Below are positions 1-13,005 of a stretch of 64,000 nt of DNA, piece by piece. The notes below the pieces were generated by a model, which ran no database searches, had not been told where the DNA came from, and saw nothing but the letters and a program-made list of their open reading frames with translations. The stretch's first letter is position 1. Every line of letters starts with the position of its first letter. This DNA comes from Chrysomallon squamiferum (taxonomy: Eukaryota; Animalia; Mollusca): NCBI GenBank assembly GCA_012295275.1, contig CM022670.1:38998001-39062000 (forward strand), read 5' to 3'. A program made the position numbers and the translations under genes.

Positions 1-446
1 ACAGCATAACAGAAACAAAATATATAATTTTTTTTTTTTTATAAACAAGAAAAGTATTAACACAACCACTACGTAACGCAATTCCTCTTGCACACACAGT
101 TTGATCTTTTTTGTTTGTTTTGTTGTTTTTTTGGTTAATAAATAAATAAATAAATAACAAATGGTTATATATTTGATCAGTTGACTCTGGAAGCACAGCT
201 TGTCATGCAGTAATACAGTGATGCAGTCGCATGTTTTGCTTGCCTGCACATTTTAATTGTTTTTGTTGTTTTTTTTGTATCACAAAACATCCTGGATTCC
301 AATCTCATATTTCTTTTTTGTTTGTGTCACAGACTCTCTGCTCTGTCTCCACAAAAACCAATAAATCTTATTGAACATGATCCACACATTCTTGTAGTAA
401 AGCATATTTACAAGAGATTGATATAATAAAAAAAAAAAAAAAAAAA

Positions 447-493
<47 letters not shown>

Positions 494-896
494 TATATAT
501 ATATATATCAACAACACTACTGCTTCATATGCAGTAAAAAACCTCACATTATTCATATTTTATAAAAAAAAAAAAAAAACTTGTTAATCCAGTTGTTTTT
601 TTTTTTTTTTTTTTCTTTCTTTCTTTTCGTTTCGTATTTCTCTCTCCTTTCTTCGGCCCTCGACACTGGTAATATAAATAACATGTCTATAATTGGATTA
701 AAAAATAACATGAATAATCAACTAAGAATATAAAGACACAACAAAAAGATACAACATCGAAAAGTCGACGGTATTATCAAACACACCGCTGTACAGGTTC
801 AACAAAACAATGCTATCACAGCCAGGCATGCACATGAGTGCCTTTTTGCATTCAGTCATTGTCCATCACTCGAAACAAGTAGAGGTAATCATCGGG
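1..896 (-). other. NFI 3' UTR, probably continuing beyond the window edge
   Basis: Follows the stop codon. U-rich on the minus strand. No AATAAA found on the minus strand in 1-896; only an ATTAAA near 252-257. Confidence 0.65.
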
Positions 897-1051
897 TCAA
901 GTCTGGGGCTGAGGCTTCGGGGGCGAGGATGAGGTCGGGGTGTGGGCGGGGCCAGGGGCTGGGGTGTTGGGGCCTGCGTGGCTCGACGCTACGTTGCCAC
1001 CGTCTGAAGCTTCCACGCCGACGTTGCTGTGCACCACAGGAAAAAACCTCT
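897..1051 (-). CDS. NFI: NFI terminal coding exon (ERFFPVVHSNVG...HTPTSSSPPKPQPQT*)
   Basis: acttttcag| acceptor in phase 1, open to TGA at 899-897, GC-rich. Confidence 0.85.
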
Positions 1052-1059
1052 CTGAAAAG

Positions 1060-1720
1060 TAGAATGAAATTTAGTAACTGAAGTTAATACGAAATATAAT
1101 CATTAAAATTAATACAAAATATATGAAATGAAATTTATATGAAATATAATAACTGAAATTAATACAAAATTTAGTAATCGAAATTAATACGAAATATAAT
1201 AATTGAAATTAATACGAAATATAGTAATTGAAATTAATATGAAATATAATAATTTAAATTAATATGAAATATAATAATTTAAATTAATACAAAATATAAT
1301 AATTTAAATTAATACAAAATATATTAATTTAAATTAATACGAAATATAATAATTGAAATTAATACGAAATATATTAACTGAAATTAATACGAAATATATT
1401 AATTGAAATTAATATGAAGTATAATAATTGAAATTAATACGAAATCAATTACTTGAAATTAATATTAATTAAAATTCATGTGAAATATAATAATTGAAAT
1501 TAATATGAAATACAATAAATAAAATAATATAAAACATAAAAATTAAAAATGCGATAAATAATAAATATTAAAAATAATATGAAATATAATAACTAAAATT
1601 AATATGAAATATAATAATTAAAATTAATGAGAAATACAATAAATAAAATAATATAAAACATAAAAATTCAAAATGTGATAAATAATAAATAATAAAAATA
1701 ATATGAAATATAATAATTAA
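1060..1720. repeat. AT-rich degenerate tandem repeat, unit about 24 bp (GAAATTAATACGAAATATAATAATT-like)
   Basis: Visible repeated units beginning immediately next to the terminal-exon acceptor. Confidence 0.85.
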
Positions 1721-2072
1721 AAAGTAATAACAATATTGTATAAATATAATAACATTATGTACATAATGTGTCTATGTGCATGTGTGTGTGTGTAATTATC
1801 AGTTATTAAATAAAAAAACATGAAATAAAAATATTTTATAAAAATAAAATCACTTTTACAGAAATACTATTAAATAAATAATTATCATAATAACATAATT
1901 ACTGATTATTACAATAACATAAAAAAAAATATACCAAATATAAAAATAATTTTAAACATAATAATAAATATAAAAACAATTTAAAAATAACAATAAATAC
2001 AAATATTAGAATTAAATGTTTTAACATAAATACACATATAAATACATTTTTATTATATTTTTTTTAACAAAC

Positions 2073-2298
2073 CTTCTCCTAACATTTCGTCAGTGTTAAC
2101 TGTGGGCATGATGTTAGCCAGCATGTTGTAGTCGACATTTTCATCAATTGGGATAAACGGAGTTGTCCACCTTGGAATTGGTGTTGTGCGAGGTGTCGTG
2201 CGTGGAGTTGCTACAGGGGAGGCAATCAGGCTCAGCGTGGTGGGGCTGATCATGCCACTGATGGCATTGACGGGACTAATGCTGGGGTAGGTAAAGAC
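2073..2298 (-). CDS. NFI: NFI exon 11 (VFTYPSISPVNAISGMISPTTLSLIASPVATPRTTPRTTPIPRW...)
   Basis: gtgtttttcag| acceptor, GAA G|gtttgt donor, 226 nt, phase 0-1, GC-rich and open. Confidence 0.9.
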
Positions 2299-2700
2299 CT
2301 GAAAAACACACAGGTAAAATACATGAACAACTTCGAGAATTCACTTTGTGTTATAGATTTTTGTTATTTTTATTATTATTTGTTATTTATTTTTATAAAG
2401 ACCTGAAAAACACACAGGTAAAATACATGAATGATTCGAGAATTCACTTTGTGTTATAGATTTTTGTTATTTTTATTATTATTTATTATTTATTTTTAAA
2501 AGACCTGAAAAACACACAGGTAAAATACATGAACGACTTCGAGAATTCACTTTGTGTTATAGATTTTTGTTATTTTTATTATTTATTTTGTAAAGACCTG
2601 AAAAACACACAAGTAAAATACATGAACGACTTCAAGAATACAATTTTATTATTTTTATTATTTATTTTGTAAAGACCTGAAAAACACACAGGTAAAATAA
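2291..2700. repeat. Tandem array, 5 copies of 79-104 bp, containing the exon 11 splice acceptor
   Basis: AAAGACCTGAAAAACACAC(A/AG)GTAAAAT recurs, with ACCTG at 2297, 2401, 2503, 2596 and 2675. Confidence 0.95.
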
Positions 2701-2714
2701 ATTAACTACTTTGA

Positions 2715-3690
2715 GAATTTATTTATTTATTTATTTATTTATTTATTTTCATTTCATTTCATTTCATTTCATTTCATTTCATTTCATTTTATTTTATTTT
2801 ATTTTATTTTATTTCATTTTATTATTTTATTTTATTTTATTTTATTTTATTTTATTTTTTATTTTATTTTCTTTTTCAATTTATTTTTTATTTATTTATT
2901 TATTTTCATTTTTAATTTTATTTATTTTATTTTCATTTTATTTATTTTATTTTATTTTATTTTATTTTATTTTATTTTATTTTATTTTCATTTCTGTTCA
3001 ATTTATTTATTTATTTATTTATTTATTTTCATTTTAATTTTATTTATTTTATTTTCATTTTATTTATTTTATTTTATTTTATTTTATTTTATTTTATTTT
3101 ATTTTATTTTATTTTATTTTATTTTATTTTAATTTTATTTATTTATTTTATTTTATTTTAATATTTATTTTATTTTATTATTATCTCTTTTTTTATTTGT
3201 TTATTTATTTAGTTATTTATTTCATTTTATTTTTATTTATTTTATTTATTTATTTATTTATTTATTTTCATTTTTTTTTTTTTTTTTTTTTTATTTTATT
3301 TATTTATTTTATTTTATTTAATATTTTATTTTATTATTTTTTTTTTTTTTTTTTTATTATTATCTCTTTTTTTATTTGTTTATTTATTTAGTTATTTATT
3401 TCTTTTTATTTTTATTTATTTTATTTATTTATTTTATTTATTTTATTTATTTTCATTTCATTTCATTTTATTTTATTTTCTTATATTATTATCTCTTTTA
3501 TTTGTTTGTCTATTATTTATTTAGTTATTTATTTATTTAATTAATTTGATTTAATTTAATTTAATTTAATTTAATTTTATTTTATTTTATTATTTATTAT
3601 CTTTTTTATTTGTCTATTATTTATTTAGTTATTTATTTATTTAATTAATTTGATTTAATTTAATTTAATTTAATGTAATTTAATTTTTTT
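2715..3690. repeat. (TTTTA)n/(TTTA)n/(TTTCA)n low-complexity tract
   Basis: Direct reading. Confidence 0.9.
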
Positions 3691-5374
3691 ATTATTTGTT
3701 TGTTTTTCTGTTTATATATGTGTATGTATATATTCGTTTGTTTGTTTTTTTATTTTATTTTTTGAATTTAATCACTGTCATTAATACTGTTGCCACTGTC
3801 ATTATTATAATCATGGTTATTATTAATAATCATTTTTTTTTAATTTGTTAATGTTATTGGTGTTCTATTATTATTACTGTTGCTGTTTCTTTTTGTTCCT
3901 ATTTATAAATATAATTAAGTATTTAATTTATTTATTTATTCTTTGTTTATTCACTGTTACTATTTTTTATTTTTTTCAGCTAATTATGTATAAGGGAAAG
4001 CTTAAACTTCTAAGCAAATTAAAAAAAAAAAAAAAAAAAAAAATTTTATTTAAATTATCTAAAGACATTTTGACTTGCTGAATCATTTTATTATTATTAT
4101 TATTATTCATTTATCTATTATTAATTAGTTGTTTCATTTATTTTATTTTATATTTGATTATTATGACTAATTATTTTTATGTACTCGTTTTTAAATAGCT
4201 GTTAACTTTTTAATTTAATTATGCTATCAATATTATTATTCTTTATTATAATTATTATATTATTACTTATTCATTTTATTATCCTATTTATTTGGATATA
4301 ATTTTATTATTATTATTATTATTTTTATTATTTTTATTTTGACTTTAAAATTTTTATTATTGTTGTTACTCTGTAAAAATTTCAACATTTTCAAATGTAT
4401 ATATTTATTTTTTATTAGTTTACTGTGTTAGTTTAAGTTCATTTTATTAATTATCAATAAGTAAAACTTACATTTATTTTTTATTATTATTATTATTATT
4501 ATTACTATTACTATTAATTATTAATTATTATTATAATCTATTTATAATTTAATTCAAAGAAGTAATTTATAAAACTGTTCAGAGAAATATTTCAATTTTT
4601 TTATTTAAATATATAAATAAAAACTTGAAAAATTTTAATTAAACAAAATTATATATATTTAATGAGTTTTATTAATATGTTGTCTGAAACTGTCAAAATA
4701 TAAGTTACAGTCAATTAAATTTTTGTTTCATATCAAATTTTTTTAATTTATATTCTATTTTTATTTTATTTTTTTTTTTATGAAACTGTCAATTATAATT
4801 AAAAATTAATATAATCAGTTCATTATCCTATTTATTATTATTATTATTCAAAGTTAAAATATTTGAAAAAATATTATATTTAATTTTTAATTTTTTTTTT
4901 TTTTTACTTATTAAAACATATTTTAAAAAGTCAATGACAGAAAAAGTAAGCTGATGAAATCTTTTAAAGAGAAGTTTTATTTTTAAACCACAAATCCAAA
5001 GACCAAAAGTATACACAATACTGTGAGGTTTTTTAATCACAAATATTAGTTTTGAAAATCATTTAGAATTCTCAATACAGTGTTTATATGTTCATGAAAT
5101 TACCTACATTTTCAATAGTAAGAAGATTAGTATTACAGTTAATTATACAAGCTTACATAATCTGAGCAGGCTTGACAATAGTATTGAAGTAGTTCTTTGA
5201 AATTACTCTACAAGCATGTTTTTACCTAGAACTGTATGTGTCAGATATATTTAACTATTTTTTGTTATTATTATTATTAAATATATTGTTACTGTTTGTT
5301 TTTATTATTGTTATACACTTGTTTGTTTTATTAGTATAAGTATGTATTACTGTTGTTTTTATTATCATAGGCAT

Positions 5375-5411
<37 letters not shown>

Positions 5412-5729
5412 GAATGTTATTAGTATAGGTATATATTATTATTTTACATTTGTTTTATTTATTTATTTATTTATTATTATTTATATTATTATTTATTATC
5501 ATATTATTATTACCATTATTTCATTTAATATTATTATATATATATATATATCATTATTATTATTGTTTGTTTCTGTTTATTCATTCATTCATTTGTATTA
5601 TTATTATTGTTTTCATCATAACTAAAAAAAAATTAAAATAAAATAAAAACAACATATTATTATTACCATTATTATTATTATTATTATTAGTATTAATTAT
5701 AGAAAAAAATAAAAATAAACATTAATTAA

Positions 5730-6230
5730 AACAAAATCAACATATAGTATTAATGTTACTTAAAAAAAATATTAAAAATAATCATTCATTTATTATTATT
5801 ATAAAAAAAATAATCAAAAAAAATCAACATATAGTATTAATGCTAAAAAAAAAAAAAAAATAAAAAAATTAAAAAAATATTATCATTACCATTAACACTA
5901 TCAAAAAAAAATAATAAAATAAAAAAAATAAAAAAAAACATATAAAAAAAATTAAAATTAAAAAACAAATAAATAAAAAAAAAAATATTAATAATAAAAA
6001 AAAAAAAAAAAAAAAATAAATAATTAAAAAAAAAAAAAATCAACATATAGTATTAATGCTTACTGTTAAAAAAAATAATAATAATAATAATTTTAAAAAA
6101 AAAATAATAATAAAAAACAATAAATAAGAATAATTTTTAAAAAAAAAAAAAAAAAAAAAATTATAAAAAATTAAAAAAAATTAAAATAATAAAAAAAAAA
6201 TCAACACATAGTATTAATGGTTACTAAAAA
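5730..6230. repeat. Degenerate tandem repeat, 4 copies of AAAATCAACA(T/C)ATAGTATTAATG separated by poly-A
   Basis: Motif at about 5735, 5823, 6040 and 6200. Confidence 0.75.
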
Positions 6231-6344
6231 AAAAAAAAAAAATAAAAAAAAAAAAAAAAAAAACATTAAATTAAAAATTAAAAAAGCAACAGAAGCATTA
6301 TGCTCTAACAATAGAAAGAAAAAGCAAACACATCAACAGATGAC

Positions 6345-6490
6345 CTGGTGGCTCTGGGGGTGAATGTGATGAAAGGTGTGCTCGGGGCGTGACAGCACAG
6401 TGAACGGACTAGACATGATTGTTCTGCTCATGGCCAAGGTGTCCACTGCTGAGGAGCCTGCCAGGCTGCTGCTTGTGGAGATGGTGTTTG
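6345..6490 (-). CDS. NFI: NFI exon 10 (TNTISTSSSLAGSS...PEHTFHHIHPQSHQ)
   Basis: gtgttttccag| acceptor, CAG|gtcatc weak donor, 146 nt, phase 1-0. It bridges the phases of exons 9 and 11 exactly. Confidence 0.85.
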
Positions 6491-6674
6491 CTGGAAAACA
6501 CATCACTAGCATTTTACATTAAACACGTCTGTGTGACTCTGTCAGCCGATGTGCTTGCATTTTTGGTCTTTTTATCAATTGATAGTCTTTTTGGTGTTTT
6601 TAAAAAAAAAATTATATATATTGTTTTCTTTATTCTGAAGATAAATGTGTGTTTATGTATGAATGCATAAAAAT

Positions 6675-6730
<56 letters not shown>

Positions 6731-6867
6731 TACAAACATTCACACATACACATGCATACATATATAAATACATAAATACATACATAATAAATACACTTGT
6801 GTATATGTTTGCATGTACATAATAAAAAAATATACACATACAGATACATACACACACATACATATTT

Positions 6868-6900
<33 letters not shown>

Positions 6901-7059
6901 TACATACTTACATGTATACAGACAGACACACAGACAAAAAGAAAGACATTTAAATTACTTTTCCACATAATTACATATTGATAAATTCATATAGGCTGCA
7001 TGTCCGTATATGTTTGTATTTCTGTGTGCACGCACACTCAGGTATGTAATTATGTGTTC

Positions 7060-7279
<220 letters not shown>

Positions 7280-7681
7280 ATACTGTTTCTAGCTCTATGT
7301 AACATTAACCTTTATCTTAACAAAATTCCCCTCCTTGAGTTTCCACCAACCCAATTAGACAAAATAAACAGAGATAGGAGAATAACACATTCAAAAAGAC
7401 AGATGAAAAGCTGATGTATGTGTTTGATAGATGAAAGAATAACATGTATGTAGGCTGGGAATAAGTTATACAATTACTGATGAAAAACAAACATCATTAC
7501 TCAGCTCATTTCAAGCAGATGTACAAACTCAGTGATGAGGAACAAACATATATTTCAAACACATGTAGATAACTCAGCATGAAATATTGGTCATAATGGT
7601 TACAGAGAAATCAATAGTAATTAATTAACAAACTTATTTGGACAATTTAACTGGATTATATATTTATTTATTTATTTATAA

Positions 7682-7719
<38 letters not shown>

Positions 7720-8029
7720 GAAAAAACATTGCTACCACTAATGATAATATCATAAGGAGATTTTTTAAATGTAAATATATTAATTTTTTACAAACCTAAA
7801 GAAATTAAAATACCAGTGCTATCTATATATACATATATACAAAAACACACATATATATACACACACATGTATACACATACTGATTAAAAATAAGAACCAC
7901 ATAATATAATGTACATCTGTATACATACTTATATAATATATGGGCACTTACAAAAACATAAAGAGACACATAATACACACACACACACACACAAATGCTC
8001 TCTAAAAAGTCCATAACAGACACAAACAT

Positions 8030-8066
<37 letters not shown>

Positions 8067-8232
8067 ACACACACAACACACACATTAAAAAATCCATAAC
8101 GTACACAAACCTAACACATACATCAAGAAACGCGTGCACACACACACACTCACAAACACACACACTCACACACAGCACACACACACACAAACACACACAC
8201 ACACACACACACACAAAACTACGGGCACTCAC

Positions 8233-8410
8233 TTGATGTTGTACTGCTTCCAGAGATACTGCTGTTGGGCATTAAGCCGTCAGAGTTTTTCAAAATGGCC
8301 ACTGGTCTGGCAAGATTTGGGGGAGGTGGAGGGGGTGGAGGTAGCATTCCTGTAGCAAAGAACTGGGGCAGTTTTGTCGGGCTCTTCATCGGAGGGCTTG
8401 ATGGACTTGA
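8233..8410 (-). CDS. NFI: NFI exon 9, proline-rich activation region (SSPSSPPMKSPTKLPQFFATGMLPPPPPPPPNLARPVAILK...)
   Basis: ggctttcag| acceptor, TCA A|gtgagt donor, 178 nt, phase 0-1. The poly-Pro plus ARPV motif is typical of NFI C-terminal domains. Confidence 0.93.
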
Positions 8411-8554
8411 CTGAAAGCCAAACAAAAATTATATATTAATATTACTTTATATATTAAAATTATATTATTAATATTACACAATAATAATAATAATAATAAT
8501 TTTTTGATTTCACAAACAAACAAAAAAAATGTGGTTCTTGATGTTATTTAACAG

Positions 8555-8590
<36 letters not shown>

Positions 8591-9577
8591 TTTATTTTAT
8601 TTTATTTTATTTTATTTTTTTCAAAGAGGTCTTTGCAGTCTATAATATGTGACCTTTTAATTCTAAAAAACAAAAACAAAAATCAAGACAAATGCAGCTT
8701 TTTATTTATTTTTTATTTATTTATTTATTTATTTATTTATTTTTTTAAACTTTCATTTTAAGCAATCGATTTACAATTTAATAAATAAATCAAATTCAAT
8801 AATTTTAAAATATTTATTAACCTTTTTAAGAAAAGCAATTATTTTTTATTTTTTTTTAATGCTATTTTAGAAAACATTTAATAACACAATTTTAAAAAGC
8901 AACAAACAAAAACAGCTAGAATGTTCATACACAAAGATATCTCTGGCAACTATTTTGTTTATATCTGAAGTCAGACAGACCAGAACATGCTATGGTAGAG
9001 CTAAGCTAAATCGTAAACATACTTATATAAACAAAAACAAAACAAACAAACAAACAAAAAAAAAATCCAAACATAATTGATTTTATTAGCATATTTTTTT
9101 TTTGTTTAAACTCCTTGTGATCAGACTACATTAACCAATTACTTGTGTGAACAAAAACTGTTTAAACGAAAACAAAATGCTAAGATAAAATAACAAACAT
9201 TTTAAATTATTAAATTAGAAACAAGTTCAGTGCAAAAAGGTTAAAATAAATAAATTAAGAAAGAAAGTAAGTAATAAAGAAATTTAAAAAAAACACAAAA
9301 AACATTAACGTTTTTTGTTATAGAAGTATAAAAATAAACATGACTATTCTGATTAATAGATTTTTATTTAAAAAAAGAATAAAAAGTAAAGATTATTATA
9401 ATATATAATGTATATATGTGTGTGTTTGTATGTGAGTCTCTGTGTATGTATGTGTCTTTGTGTATATATGTATGATGTATATGTTTGAGTCTGTGTGTGT
9501 ATGCATGTGTGTGCACATGTGTGAATGCATGTATGTGCATGTGCATGTGTGTATGTGAAAATGAATGAGAGCGAGAA

Positions 9578-9608
<31 letters not shown>

Positions 9609-10776
9609 TACTGAAATAAAATTTGACACTGTTGGATTAAAATAAGGCTGCAATAAGATAATTAATTATCAAACTAAATAAAAATATTAATTATCAGATT
9701 TAAAGTCTGAAAATAACTGAATAATTTATTTATTTATTTATTTATTTATTTATTTCATGTCAACATCTCAATTAAACATTTATTTTTCATTTCATGTGGT
9801 AAAACATTTTGGTGTTGTTTTTAAATTCTAATGTACATAAAAAAAACACTAATGTCTTACCAGTTTAAATACGTGCATAGAATCCCACAAATTAATGTAT
9901 TTTAGGCTAAAAATAATTAAGCCATGGAAAGAAATTTACATTATATAAAAATTAATATTATATTTCAAAAAAATTAAAATGACAAATCAAGCAAATTATA
10001 TATAGTAACTGATGAAAATAATGGTACCTGAAGTATCTGAGATTAAAAAAATGTTTTATTATTATTATTATTATTTTTATTATTATATTTAAAATTTTGT
10101 AGTTTCAAAGTATACTTCTTCTACTCTGAAAATTATCTGATTTTAAGTTCAATGATGAATGAAGAATTTTGTTACCATTAGCCTAGGTTTAGCGTTTGAT
10201 AAATAAACCATTGCCATTTATATGATATGAATTTCATTTATTATTTGATTAATATCAGATTCATCTGTCTACTATGATTTACTAATGTAATAAAAAAAAA
10301 TACATTTGCTAAAATTAAATGTTCTGTCAAATTTAATATCATTTCAGAATGGAGCAGGAAAGGAGCATGTTTTATATATATGTGTGTGTGTGTGTGTGTT
10401 TGTGTGAATCACTGACTTAACATATAGCCTTTTGGAACAAACTATTTTATTTCTTTAAAGTTTAATTGTTGTTTTAGATCTAAAAAAACCCCAAATAAAT
10501 TGTTATTTAAGAACTGTTTTGTTTTTGATGTACAGTTTTGTAGGTGAAAACAGAATCAATATGTTTGAACCTTCTACTCTTGAGAATGGTGAACTGACAA
10601 ATACACTTTACACACAATTTTTCTGTTATTTATAACTGAAGAATAAAAAATATGGTTATTTTATTTTTTGATTTTATTTAAAAAAAAAAAAAATTGTTTA
10701 TTTATTTATTTTATTATTTTAATTTTTTTTGTCATTCTAGACTTCACAAGATAAACCTGATATCTTTAGAAAGTAA

Positions 10777-10822
<46 letters not shown>

Positions 10823-11011
10823 AAAAAAAAAAGATGCTCTCATCTAATTAATTATTAATTTAAAAAAAACAAATTAACAGGATAATTATTAATCCTGACA
10901 GATTTTCAAAATTTTTAAAATATAAAAAAAAAAGAAAAAAAAAATGAAAAGAAAACAAAATATTAAAACGAAAGTCCACAATAAATAAATAACAAACTTT
11001 GGTAAAGTTAC

Positions 11012-11163
11012 CTGATTATGTGTGTTTTGTGCTTCTTGACAGACCAGTGTGACGAAATCAGAAAATGTGTCGTTGCCATGGTTATCTGAGTATTTCATGG
11101 CTGAGTGACCTCCATTTCCCCCGTGACCCGGACCTGCATTCATGACCATCGACTGCTGAAGAC
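11012..11163 (-). CDS. NFI: NFI exon 8 (GLQQSMVMN...DTFSDFVTLVCQEAQNTHNQ)
   Basis: tgttcacag| acceptor, CAG|gtaact donor, 152 nt, phase 1-0. FSDFVTLVC resembles the vertebrate LKEFVQLVC / LKDLVSLAC motif. Confidence 0.92.
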
Positions 11164-12032
11164 CTGTGAACACATCAAGTTACACAAATCTAAAACTTAT
11201 TTTAACACAATTTTAATATTAAATAAAGTCAGTGCTTGGAAACCTGCAAACATATCAAGTTACACAAATCTAAAACTTATTTTAACAGTATTTTAATTAT
11301 TAAAACACAGTATTTGAAACCTGTGAACACACCAAGTTACACAAATCTAGAACTTATTTTAACAGTGTTTTAATTATTAAAACAATATTTGGAAATCTGC
11401 AAACAACTCAAGTTACACAAATCTAGAACTTATTTAAACAGTATTTTAATTATTAAAACACAGTATTTGGAAACCTGCGAACAATTCAAGTTACACAAAT
11501 CTAAAACTTATTTTAACACTATTTTAATTATTAAAACACAGTATTTGGATACCTGCGAACAACTCAAGTTACATAAATCTAAAACTTATTTTAACACTAT
11601 TTTAATTATTAAATAAACACAGTGTTTGGAAACCTGCTAACACATCAAGTTACACAAATCTAAAACTTATTTTAACACAGTATTTTAATTATTAAATAAA
11701 CACAGTGTTTGGAAACCTGCAAACACATCAAGTTACACAAATCTAGAACTTATTTTAACACTATTTTAATTATTAAAACACAGTATTTGGAAACCTGCGA
11801 ACAACTCAAGTTACATAAATCTAAAACTTATTTTAACACTATTTTAATTATTAAATAAACACAGTGTTTGGAAACCTGCTAACACATCAAGTTACACAAA
11901 TCTAAAACTTATTTTAACACAGTATTTTAATTATTAAATAAACACAGTGTTTGGAAACCTGCAAACACATCAAGTTACACAAATCTAGAACTTATTTTAA
12001 CACTATTTTAATTATTAAAACAGTGTTTGGAA
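11158..12032. repeat. Minisatellite, 11 copies of 76-83 bp, containing the exon 8 splice acceptor
   Basis: ACCTG..AACA..TCAAGTTACA(C/T)AAATCTA(A/G)AACTTATTT at 11162, 11242, 11319, 11395, 11473, 11551, 11632, 11715, 11793, 11874 and 11957. Confidence 0.97.
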
Positions 12033-12138
12033 CGAATATTCATAAAAAAGATTTAAATTTAGAAAAAAATTAAAAAATTTTGTATGGATTTTTTTTTGTT
12101 TTTGGGGTATTGTTGTTGTTTTTTTTTAACTTAACACT

Positions 12139-12177
<39 letters not shown>

Positions 12178-12860
12178 TAAATATATAAATAAATAAATAA
12201 AACAAAATAATAATAAGCAAAAGTTCTTTCACATCAAAAAATTATTTATAAACATAATACATTTACTTCTTCTTTTTTAAACTTTTATGAAAAAATGAAA
12301 CAATAAAACTGCAATATTCAATTTGTGTGAAATTTTGCAATAACTTTTTAATTTTGACCAGAACTAAATGAAACACATCAGTAAGCTTTTATTTCAGACA
12401 ACATCCCCCAAAAACCACTACTGATGCTAAAATGATAATTTATTTCATTAAACTGTTAACTTTTTTCTGTTGTTTATTATAAACTAATTATGTATGTATA
12501 ATTATAAACTTCAGTTTTACAAGTATTGCTAATTAATGTGTTTAATAATATTGGAATTTTAAAAAATTAATTAATAATATATCGTAGTTTTAAAATATTT
12601 CAAAATGTTTTTTTTTTTTAATGTTATGAAAATGTGTACGAGGCTGATAATTTGGTTTATACCTACAGGCCACAAATGTCAGTCATGCCTGGATTTGAAG
12701 GATTTTAATGGCCTTAATTATTTCAGGAAATTTACTGTTTATCCCAAAATAACAGCAATTACTATTTTAAAGTTTTATCGTTCTGGTTTGAGGCAAAAAT
12801 ATTCTATGGTCAAGTTACATGATACATATGCTAAAAAAATATTTTTTTTTTTTTTTTTTT

Positions 12861-12903
<43 letters not shown>

Positions 12904-12904
12904 A

Positions 12905-13005
<101 letters not shown>

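Noticed and set aside
838-844. GTGCCTT miR-124 seed match near the NFI stop
   Set aside because: It is on the plus strand, the wrong orientation for the NFI mRNA.
9861-9906. Exon candidate with a strong gtaaga donor
   Set aside because: 46 nt, frameshifting, AT-rich, with no other support.
11158-12032. CRISPR-like regular repeat array
   Set aside because: Whole units are repeated with no unique spacers, there are no cas genes, and it lies in a eukaryotic intron.
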